This document shows, one piece after another, positions 56,250-64,000 of a DNA stretch of 64,000 nt. How positions within the stretch are numbered: position 1 is the stretch's first letter; each line of letters starts with the position of its first letter. Both the position numbers and the translations under genes were made by a program. The stretch spans positions 288,001 to 352,000 of the forward strand of contig JBGSZS010000004.1 in NCBI GenBank assembly GCA_041750285.1, read 5' to 3'. The stretch is from Candidatus Fermentibacteraceae bacterium. Lineage in GTDB: Bacteria > Fermentibacterota > Fermentibacteria > Fermentibacterales > JCC-6. The notes below the pieces were generated by a model. The model was not told the origin of the DNA and did no database searches. It was given only the letters and a program-made list of their open reading frames with translations.

Positions 56250-56382
56250 ACGGGATGAACCGCCCGTCATCATGAACGTGTCCTTCGCTCAAGGATACAT
56301 TCCATGGGGGGATTCCTTTTTCCGGGGTGTGGCTGATCGGGAACCGGGCTGTTCGTTGAGAAAAGGGTTTGCCAGGGCCTTT

Positions 56383-58089
56383 TCAGCGAAGCAGGACGAT
56401 CTTTGCCGAAGCCGTTCCCGAGGGACAGCAGAGACGGGCGAAGTAGACACCGTTCCTGTCATCGGGCTCCGGGCTCCAGCTCACGCAGTCCCCCTGTCCC
56501 GCGGGGATCTCAGTGACCAACCTTCCGCAGGCATCGAAGATTGCCACGGTTCCGCCTGAACCAGCCGGAAGCATGAACAGGGTGGTCCCATGGCTCGGGT
56601 TCGTCACCGGAGAAAGGAAGAGCTGCCGCGGGGCCGAAGGGGCACACCCCGAAGACCCGCCCGATCCCTTGAAAACACCGGTGTTCCTCTCGTCCACCCC
56701 CCGCATCGGCCAGTCCGCCGCACCCACTTCGCCCGTGGTGTTCCAGGCGTAGGCCCAGCCGTTCCAGGTCACTGCCACCAGTTCATAAAGGCCGTCACCA
56801 TCGATGTCACCCGCGGCAACGCCGGAAATGGACGGGGCAGTCATCGTCCTGGGGTAGCCTTCGATCGTTGTGCCCCCGCCGGAGAGCGCGTAGAGCATGC
56901 CGCCTTCGGTGACGAACACGAAGTCCTGCATGCCGTCGTTGTCCACATCGACCACTGTCGGAAAACCCTTGGGCCAGTCGGGAACGGCCACGGGCCAGCC
57001 CGCAAGGGGCTCTCCGGTCCCGAGGCTTAGTACATGGGCTCTGTAATTGCTTCCAAGATGGTTTTCCAGGGCAACGAGTTCGGGAACCTGATCACCCGTC
57101 ACATCACCCAGGGCGAAGTAGAAGAGCTGGCTCTGGGTCGCCACTGTGATGGGAAAACCGGCTACGGGGCTGCCGTCGTGGTGCCTGGCCTGAATGAACG
57201 AGGTGGTGCCCGTATTGTGGCCGATCATGATCTCAAGGTCTGCGTCACCGTCGAGGTCGGCGATAACCGGAGGCCCGAATATCGCGTTGCCGCCGGGGGA
57301 CACGAGAGAAACGGGATAGCCCGTCGATATCTGGCCGTCCGGTTCGAAAGCGAAAAGCCTGTAGGCCCCGCCGAAGAGGGTTACGGCCATGAACTCATCC
57401 TGCCCGTCCCCCGCAAGGTCGCCGAAGTAAACGCACAGGATCTGCTCAGCGGGATCGAGGTCGGTCGTGAACAGAATGCTTCCGGCGTCGTCGAAACCGG
57501 AGATCCTGTAGTAGGCACCGGTGTTGCCCAGGGTGTGGGCGCTCCATGCCTCGAGGTCCCCGTCGTTGTCGGAGTCGCCCAGAACGAAGGGGGATGCCAG
57601 GGCGTTTGAGAAGTCGTCAGGCGCTTCCTGGGGAAAGGCGCCAAGGTTGCCGCCATCCGGAAGACGGCCGTTGAAGCTCCACATATACGCGCTTCCCGCG
57701 TACCAGTCGCGTTCCGACCAGAGCACGGCCGGGTCTCCGTTGCCGGTCATGTCGGCGCAGGAGGGTCCGGGCATCTGATCGTTGGTGCCGTACCCCATGT
57801 AGGCCATCTCGGTCACGGGCCAGCCCGGAAGGAACGAGCCGTCCCCCGAGAGGCCGAAGGTGTGTCCACCGGTGCAGAACACCTCGAGTGCCCCGTCGCC
57901 GTTTATGTCGCTAAGGGTGGGTGTGTAGGGAAAGCCTGCCCCGGGAGCGTTGAAGCTTACGGGCCAGCCCTCGCAAACGTCGGGATCATCCGTTGCTTGC
58001 GCTGCAAAGGGGCTGCATAAGGGCGTCAGGAAAGAACCGGAGGCCGGAATCACCGGCAAAGCCGCTGCAATGACAAGGATCGCGATCAT
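56383..58089 (-). CDS. Secreted FG-GAP/VCBS repeat protein with T9SS-like C-terminal domain
   Basis: Signal peptide; repeated DxDGDG..E and GWP units; DACGRLV..NGVYFARL. Confidence 0.85.
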   Translation of the reverse strand: MIAILVIAAALPVIPASGSFLTPLCSPFAAQATDDPDVCEGWPVSFNAPGAGFPYTPTLSDINGDGALEVFCTGGHTFGLSGDGSFLPGWPVTEMAYMGYGTNDQMPGPSCADMTGNGDPAVLWSERDWYAGSAYMWSFNGRLPDGGNLGAFPQEAPDDFSNALASPFVLGDSDNDGDLEAWSAHTLGNTGAYYRISGFDDAGSILFTTDLDPAEQILCVYFGDLAGDGQDEFMAVTLFGGAYRLFAFEPDGQISTGYPVSLVSPGGNAIFGPPVIADLDGDADLEIMIGHNTGTTSFIQARHHDGSPVAGFPITVATQSQLFYFALGDVTGDQVPELVALENHLGSNYRAHVLSLGTGEPLAGWPVAVPDWPKGFPTVVDVDNDGMQDFVFVTEGGMLYALSGGGTTIEGYPRTMTAPSISGVAAGDIDGDGLYELVAVTWNGWAYAWNTTGEVGAADWPMRGVDERNTGVFKGSGGSSGCAPSAPRQLFLSPVTNPSHGTTLFMLPAGSGGTVAIFDACGRLVTEIPAGQGDCVSWSPEPDDRNGVYFARLCCPSGTASAKIVLLR

Positions 58090-58176
58090 GGCGGATTCCT
58101 TTCTTCTCTCTCTGCCTTAACAACCATTCCCTTGCTGCCAGAAACTATTCTATTGCATGGCATTCAATTATGCCAA

Positions 58177-58204
58177 CAAACTAAGTTATCTAAGTCCGTC
58201 CCCA
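58177..58204 (+). repeat. 28-bp dispersed repeat, copy B
   Basis: Identical to 10341-10368; contains the TAG stop of the GNAT gene on the minus strand. Confidence 0.9.
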
Positions 58205-58735
58205 CTCCTCTTTCAAAACGGAGAAGAAGTGGCGGTCCAGCCAGTGGCCGGAGCGGTGGCTGTGGCGGCGCATGGTGCCCTCCCAGACGAAGCCGAGGCC
58301 GCGAAGGGTGCGCTCGGACGAGGTGTTGCCGGCAAGGCAGGTGGCGCTTATGCGGTGCATGCCCAGCTCGTAAAGGCCGAACTCGACGAGAAGCCTGGTC
58401 GTCTCGCGGGCGAGCCCCCGGCCCTGGAACTCCCGGGCCAGGAAACATCCCAGCCTGCCGTCGCCGCCGCCCTGCCCCCTGCCCCTCCAGTGTATGCTGC
58501 CGCAACCGGCGACCAGGCCGCTCTGCTCCTCCACTATGGCGAGCCGGTAGCGGGACCTGACCGGCCTGTGCTGGTCGCGGATGCATTCGGAAAGGTACAG
58601 GAGGCTCTGCTCGAGCGTCTCGGCGCCCCAGCTCAGGAACTTCATGACCTCGGGGTCGCCGTGCCAGGCGTGAACGGCTTGAAGGTCTTCCGGGCCATGC
58701 TCCCTCAGTGTGACCCCCCGGCCTTGAAGGACCAT
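58190..58735 (-). CDS. RimJ/RimL-type GNAT acetyltransferase
   Basis: FQGRGLARE, LGMHRI, N..SERTL..LGF..EG, SVLKEEW. Confidence 0.88.
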   Translation of the reverse strand: MVLQGRGVTLREHGPEDLQAVHAWHGDPEVMKFLSWGAETLEQSLLYLSECIRDQHRPVRSRYRLAIVEEQSGLVAGCGSIHWRGRGQGGGDGRLGCFLAREFQGRGLARETTRLLVEFGLYELGMHRISATCLAGNTSSERTLRGLGFVWEGTMRRHSHRSGHWLDRHFFSVLKEEWGRT

Positions 58736-58736
58736 G

Positions 58737-59492
58737 TCAGAGGTCTTCTTCCTCGAGCGTGTAGGCCAGCGGCATCACCGGATCGTAGAGGACGTGCGGC
58801 GGAACGGGGTAGAGCGGACCCGCCTTGGCCATGTCCAGAAGGTTGGGGGCCATCACGTCCCTCACGGTGTGCCACGGCGCGGCGAACACCAGCTCGTGGT
58901 TCTGGGTTCCCCCGAACCGCCGGTCGCCGGCACACGGAAAGCCTATCACCGGTCTGTCCTCGCCAATGACGAACCCTATGGCGCTGCAGACCGCGGCCTC
59001 GGCGACGGTGTCGGCCGCCACCTTTTCACCGCTTCTCCTGTTGACCGTGTGGACCAGCCTCATCACCTGTGCCGGATTGGTGTAGAAAAGCACGGCCTGG
59101 GGCTCGAACACCGCATCCCCCAGAGGGGCCAGTTCGATGGCGTCGTAAACCTTCCCGCAGCTTCCGAGCTGGTATGTGTTCTCGAAGAAGACCTTCCCCG
59201 ATTCGGCGTCGGCGGTGTACTTCCCCACCGCGGCCTCACCGGACGCGAATGCCGGTGTGGTCTTCACGAGGCCGGTGCACGAAGCGCCTATGGCGCAGAC
59301 CATCCGGTCCGGCACCGCGGCCGTCGCCCTGCCCCCGTGCCTTGCCATGCTTATGAGCTGGCAGATGTTCAGCTTCATCGGAAAAGGCTTCTTGCTGAGT
59401 TCCGCGCGGTCTGCAAGGAGCCTGACCGCCACGGGCCGGGTCTCGAACTTGAGATGCGAGAAGAAAAGGTCCTCGGCTTCCCTGACATTCAT
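58737..59492 (-). CDS. DUF169 family protein
   Basis: PVAV, ICQ..AR, CAIG...G, NPAQVMRL, CS, PCAGDR; GGAG SD. Confidence 0.8.
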   Translation of the reverse strand: MNVREAEDLFFSHLKFETRPVAVRLLADRAELSKKPFPMKLNICQLISMARHGGRATAAVPDRMVCAIGASCTGLVKTTPAFASGEAAVGKYTADAESGKVFFENTYQLGSCGKVYDAIELAPLGDAVFEPQAVLFYTNPAQVMRLVHTVNRRSGEKVAADTVAEAAVCSAIGFVIGEDRPVIGFPCAGDRRFGGTQNHELVFAAPWHTVRDVMAPNLLDMAKAGPLYPVPPHVLYDPVMPLAYTLEEEDL

Positions 59493-59574
59493 GCTCCTGC
59501 TCCCCTCAATGAAGTGGTGATCCCGAATCGTGGCAAACATACATTGACCGTTCCCATCATGTATATTGCCCCAC

Positions 59575-60054
59575 ATGAACTGGAACCTGATACTCACGCG
59601 TGAAAAGGCCCTCCATCCCGGAATGGACGAGGCCGACGCCATCAAGCTCTTCTACCAGGCCCTCAGGGGCGGCGACCATCTCATGGGCGACACCGACCGT
59701 TACATGACCGAACTCGCCCGTGAATGGGACGGCCTGCCCGCATCCATCGATCCCATGCCTCCGCTTTTCCAGGTCATAAGCCCATCGGGCGACATGGCCA
59801 GGCTTCACCTGGTAACCGCAAAGAGGCGCGGCGTTTCCCTTAAGGCAGTGGCCGAGATCCTCGATGCCGGCGGGCTCGCAACCACGCCGGAAAGGGTGGT
59901 GGAGGAAGCCCTTCCGGGTTTTCTCAGGGCGGTCCACGATCTTCAGTTCAACAAGGAATCGATCCGCAAGGCTTTCCAGGGTGACAGCTATCACCACTCC
60001 CCCGGCTACGGCTTCGCTTCCTACAGGGTGATCACTTTTCGAAATAACTCGTGA
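59575..60054 (+). CDS. Hypothetical protein
   Basis: HPGM..DAIKLFYQ..GGDH and HHS..Y..SYRV conserved-looking motifs. Confidence 0.7.
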   Translation: MNWNLILTREKALHPGMDEADAIKLFYQALRGGDHLMGDTDRYMTELAREWDGLPASIDPMPPLFQVISPSGDMARLHLVTAKRRGVSLKAVAEILDAGGLATTPERVVEEALPGFLRAVHDLQFNKESIRKAFQGDSYHHSPGYGFASYRVITFRNNS

Positions 60055-60757
60055 CATCGCCGGGCGCGGTGCCCGTGACGGAGAAGAAAAGCTCCCTCAG
60101 TTCCGGCAGGGTCACGCTTGCGCTCTGCATCGACCTGATGATGCGTCCCTGGTGGATTATGCTCAGCGTGTCGCAGTTGCCGTGAACCTCTGAGAGCGTG
60201 TGCGTGGAGATGAGAACGCCCGCCCCCGATGCCGCAGCGGCGGCGACCATTCGCCAGAACGTCTCAGCTGAAGGCGGATCGAGGCCTACAAGGGGCTCGT
60301 CTATCACGTAGAGCCTGGGACGGGCCGCGAACGCCGAGCTCAGAACCACTCTCTGGATCATCCCGTGGCTGTACGATCCGGTGCGCTGGTCCAGCCAGCC
60401 CTCCATCTCGAACAGCCTCGAACAGAAGGCTATGCGCTCACGGAGTTCCTCATGGGGTATGCCCCGCAGCCGGCCCGCGAAAAGCAGGTACTCGCGCCCG
60501 GTGAGGCGCTTCCACATCACCGGCTCGTCGGGGACGAAGGCGATGCTCTCCCTCATGCGGGAGACGGGCTCACCGTCGATGGTGACTTCGCCCGAGTCGG
60601 GCGTGACCAGGCCGGCTATCATCTTGAGGGTCGTCGATTTCCCCGCACCGTTCGGCCCCAGGAGGCCCACGACCGACCCGGCTTCGACATCGAGGCTGAG
60701 TTCGTCGACCGCCTTCTTCCCTCCGAAGGAACGGCTGACCCGGTCGAGGCGAAGCAT
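60032..60757 (-). CDS. ABC transporter ATP-binding protein
   Basis: GPNGAGKST, YSHGM, IDEP, STH. Confidence 0.93.
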   Translation of the reverse strand: MLRLDRVSRSFGGKKAVDELSLDVEAGSVVGLLGPNGAGKSTTLKMIAGLVTPDSGEVTIDGEPVSRMRESIAFVPDEPVMWKRLTGREYLLFAGRLRGIPHEELRERIAFCSRLFEMEGWLDQRTGSYSHGMIQRVVLSSAFAARPRLYVIDEPLVGLDPPSAETFWRMVAAAAASGAGVLISTHTLSEVHGNCDTLSIIHQGRIIRSMQSASVTLPELRELFFSVTGTAPGDVTSYFEK

Positions 60758-61644
60758 CAGACGCCCACCAGCGCCCCGGTGAACTCCACCGGGTCGAACA
60801 CGGACATGTCGCCGCCACCCTCGCCCGTCCCAATGAACATTATGGGAATGCCCAACTCGTGGGCCATCGCGAAAACGGCGCCGCCCTTCGCCGTGCCGTC
60901 GAGCTTCGTGATGACAAGCCCGGTGAGCGGCACCGCCGAGGCAAAACCGCCGGCCTGCTGCAGGGCGTTCTGACCCACGGAGCCGTCCAGCACCAGAAGG
61001 ACCCTGTGGGGGGCGCCCGCCATGGATTTGCCCATCACCCGGTGGACCTTCGACAGCTCATCGAGAAGGCCCTTCCTGTTGGGAAGCCGGCCCGCCGTGT
61101 CCACGAACACCCGGTCGAAACCGCGGGCAACGGCGCTGGCAACGGCGTCGAAGGCCACGGCGCCGGGATCGGTGCCCTCGGGCCTGACGACGACGGGGAT
61201 GTCGAGCCGCGTGCCCCAAAGGGCGAGCTGCTCGCCAGCGGCCGCCCTGAACGTGTCGGCGCACGCCATGAGGGTCTTGAAGCCCCGGGCCTTCTCCATG
61301 GCGGCAAGCCTCGCCACCGTGGTGGTCTTGCCCGAACCGTTGACCCCTACGACCATCGTGACGAACGGACGGGGGTCTCCCGGAGGGTCAACACTTTCGG
61401 GAAGCATTCCCCGAAGCACGATCGCAAGGCCCTCCCTGAGTTCAAGGCCCTGCTTCGAGCAGAGCGCGGGGAGGTCGGTCATCACCTTCCCGGTGAGCTT
61501 CCAGCCCAGGTCGGCCCCGAGCAGGGCCTCCTCGAGCTTCTCCATGTCGGCGGCGCCGGGCATTCCCCTGCCGAAGAGGGATGCCAGCTTTCCCGCAAGG
61601 GCATCCCTGCTTTTCTTGAGTTTCTCGGAGAGACCGGGGCTCAA
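60757..61644 (-). CDS. ftsY: Signal recognition particle receptor FtsY
   Basis: GVNGSGKTTT, DTFRAAA, DTAGR, TKLDGTAKGG. Confidence 0.96.
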   Translation of the reverse strand: MSPGLSEKLKKSRDALAGKLASLFGRGMPGAADMEKLEEALLGADLGWKLTGKVMTDLPALCSKQGLELREGLAIVLRGMLPESVDPPGDPRPFVTMVVGVNGSGKTTTVARLAAMEKARGFKTLMACADTFRAAAGEQLALWGTRLDIPVVVRPEGTDPGAVAFDAVASAVARGFDRVFVDTAGRLPNRKGLLDELSKVHRVMGKSMAGAPHRVLLVLDGSVGQNALQQAGGFASAVPLTGLVITKLDGTAKGGAVFAMAHELGIPIMFIGTGEGGGDMSVFDPVEFTGALVGV

Positions 61645-61657
61645 GGGATGACCTCCT

Positions 61658-64000
61658 TCACTCCATCTCCGAAAGGCTTACGGTCGTGAGGCCCGAGACG
61701 CCGGGTTCGGCCATCGTGATCCCGTAGAGCCTGTCCGCCGCTTCCATCGACCTCTTGTTGTGCGTCATCATCAGGAACTGGGTATCCGCGCTGAACCGCC
61801 TGAGGATGCCCATGAAGCTGTCTATGTTCGCGTCGTCGAGCGGGGCGTCGAGCTCGTCGAGTATGCAGAAGGGGCTTGGCTTCACCAGATAGAGGCTGAA
61901 GAGAAGCGCAACGGCCGCGAGCGCCCTCTCGCCGCCCGAGAGCGAGGTCACGTTCTCGAGCTTCTTGCCCCTGGGTCTTGCCATTATCTGTATGCCGCCC
62001 TCGAGCGGGTCTTCCGCGTCGAGTGCCGTGATGTCGGCCTCGCCACCTCCGAACAGCTCGACGAAAACCCTCCTGAAATGGTCCCGCACCTGGGAGAAGG
62101 TCTCGCGGAAACGTGACTGCGCCTCCCTGTTTATCTCGGTTATCGCCGTTTCCAGCGACTCCCGGGCCTCCATGAGGTCACGCCGCTGCTCGGTCAGAAA
62201 TCCGAGCCTCTCCTCGGCCTCCCTGAACTCGTCGACGGCCAGCATGTTCACGGGGCCTATGCCCTCGATGATCCTCGACTGGCGCTGCTCCTCGTCGGCA
62301 AGCGCCTGCGGCGGCTGATCGAGGAAGGGGTTATCGGTGTCCTGCGAGGGAAGCCCCTTTCTGAGGGCTTCCGCCTTCTCTTCAAGGGCGGCCGACTCCG
62401 AATGCGCCTGCGACCTTTTCTCGCGGGCCTGTCCGTGAAGGCTCCTTGCGTTGGACGACTGCTCCTCGAGGGCCGCGGTCTTCTGAATGAGTTCGGCCCT
62501 GGCCGAAGCCGCCATGTTCCTGTTCTCTCCTGCGGCATCCCTTTCCTTCGTCAGGGTGGCAACCCGCTCCGAGAGGGCTTCAAGTTCCTTCTCGAGTACG
62601 CCTGCCCGTGAAGTCAGCTCGCCGGCTTCCTGCGAAAGCTCTTCGGCGGCGGTCGTGGCAGCCCGGGACTCGGTCCTCTGTTCGAGTGCCCTTGCCCTGA
62701 GCTGCGTGACGCGGCTCCCAGCCTCGCGCAGGTTCATGGCGGCGCGCTCCCTGGCCAGGAACACGCCGGTGCTCTGCTCTCTGACTTTTTCGAGAGCCTC
62801 GGCCGCTGCACTTGCATCCCCTGAGAGCAGAACAAGCCTCTCCTCGCCCTCCCTTATGCCAAGGTCGGGGTCGGGGCTCGGCTCGTCGGCATGCGGGAGC
62901 CCCGCCAACTCCCCGGAGAACCTGCCAAGGGATTCCTCGAGGCCGGCAAGGGCCTTCTCGGCCTCGGACTTCCGGCTCGACAGCACCGCCTCGGCGCGCT
63001 GAAGGTCGGAGAGTCTCACCCTGAGCCCCTCGGTCATCTTCTCCCGGAGGGCAACCGATTCCCCAAGTTCCAAAGCCTTCGCGCCGAGTTCCGACACCCG
63101 GCCGGACAGTGCGGAAAGCCTGGTCTCGCAGACGGCAAGGGCCGAAGCGATCTCGACCGCGCCGGTGCCGCCGTCGGGGACGCCGAGGCGCACGGTTCCG
63201 TCCGGCATGAAAAGGTGTCCCTCACGGGTCACTATTCCCATCGTGGTGGCTGATCCGAACCACTCCAGGGCGGTTTCGAGGTCGGGCGCCAGGACGTAGT
63301 GACCAAGCACCGACTCGGCCACCGGGTCGGGCTTCGCCAGGAACGTGTTCATTGTCACCGCGCCAGGTGGCGGCTCGCCCGGGCAGGTCCTTCCGCCCAC
63401 GGCGTACCTGGCCCCCCCGCCTGGAAGGCCTGAATGGATCTCCGGCACGGGCAGCGCAGACTGCATCGCGTCGAGGCAGGCCCCGACTGCGGGCCCCATC
63501 CCCGGTTCCACGTCTATCACGGCGCCGATCGTCTCTCCGCTACGGGCCTTCTCAAGGGCATTCCGGAGGGCCGAAGCCTCGCGCTCGCACGCGCCGTGGA
63601 GCGTCACGGCCTCGCCGGCCCTGAGGGCCGTTTCAGAGGCGGCCGCCCTGGCTTCGGAAAGGGCTTCGGAGGCCTCGCGCAGCTCGTCCCCGGTCAGCCC
63701 GCACTGGCGGCGGGCCTCGGCAAGTTCTGCGGAAAGGGTTTCGATCGAAGCCTTGAGGGCCGCGGCATCGGCCCGGCCCTGTGTGATCTTCTGGTCGAGT
63801 TCCCGGGCCCTCTGTCTTTGCGCCTCGTAGGCCCTTGCCTTCTCGAGGTAGCGGTTTCTGAGTTCGGTGAGGGAATCGGAACACTCCCTCTCCCTGCTCC
63901 GCGCTTCCAAAAGGGCTTCCCTGGCTTTGCCGAGGGCTTCCTCGCACGCGGCCGCGGCCTCCTCCTCACGCCGTGCGGCCTCCGCTGCCTCACTGGCCGA
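61658..64000 (-). CDS. smc: Chromosome segregation protein SMC (3' part)
   Basis: Coiled coil and hinge, GPVNMLA, LSGGE, LDELDAPLD, THNK; smc-ftsY order. Confidence 0.94.
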   Translation of the reverse strand, partial: SASEAAEAARREEEAAAACEEALGKAREALLEARSRERECSDSLTELRNRYLEKARAYEAQRQRARELDQKITQGRADAAALKASIETLSAELAEARRQCGLTGDELREASEALSEARAAASETALRAGEAVTLHGACEREASALRNALEKARSGETIGAVIDVEPGMGPAVGACLDAMQSALPVPEIHSGLPGGGARYAVGGRTCPGEPPPGAVTMNTFLAKPDPVAESVLGHYVLAPDLETALEWFGSATTMGIVTREGHLFMPDGTVRLGVPDGGTGAVEIASALAVCETRLSALSGRVSELGAKALELGESVALREKMTEGLRVRLSDLQRAEAVLSSRKSEAEKALAGLEESLGRFSGELAGLPHADEPSPDPDLGIREGEERLVLLSGDASAAAEALEKVREQSTGVFLARERAAMNLREAGSRVTQLRARALEQRTESRAATTAAEELSQEAGELTSRAGVLEKELEALSERVATLTKERDAAGENRNMAASARAELIQKTAALEEQSSNARSLHGQAREKRSQAHSESAALEEKAEALRKGLPSQDTDNPFLDQPPQALADEEQRQSRIIEGIGPVNMLAVDEFREAEERLGFLTEQRRDLMEARESLETAITEINREAQSRFRETFSQVRDHFRRVFVELFGGGEADITALDAEDPLEGGIQIMARPRGKKLENVTSLSGGERALAAVALLFSLYLVKPSPFCILDELDAPLDDANIDSFMGILRRFSADTQFLMMTHNKRSMEAADRLYGITMAEPGVSGLTTVSLSEME

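Overview
A GC-rich, gene-dense chromosomal window, mostly on the minus strand, from an anaerobic, diderm, fermentative bacterium. T9SS-like C-terminal domains, a GT9, an OMP and a Chlamydia/Bacteroidota-type ParC/ParE suggest an FCB-group lineage, possibly Ca. Fermentibacteria-like (inference only). Housekeeping genes: ruvA/ruvC/yebC, hutU, purC, parE/parC, ackA, hisS, ftsY, smc. It also holds an amino-acid fermentation operon (buk-ptb-SSS symporter-2-oxoacid oxidoreductase-cysC-MFS), an oxidative-stress operon (rbr-dfx-ftn-CMD-GAF-fprA) with a Fur/PerR-type box, several glycan-modification genes, and a small accessory islet with vapBC. No rRNA, tRNA, CRISPR array or intact transposase was seen. 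Main discoveries: (1) a secreted protein (40457-39834) whose frame runs through two in-frame TGA codons (U-D-U) followed by a SECIS-like hairpin, a candidate new selenoprotein family missed by the ORF track; (2) an RRE/PqqD-radical SAM/SPASM enzyme coupled to a large membrane protein ending in a CACACACAGCACAC tail, a candidate protein-modification system; (3) a 28-bp dispersed element with a conserved upstream palindrome that supplies the start region of one gene and the stop codon of another; (4) tandem NrdR-like boxes upstream of topoisomerase IV; (5) probable CTG start codons. All calls come from reading the sequence; no database searches were run.
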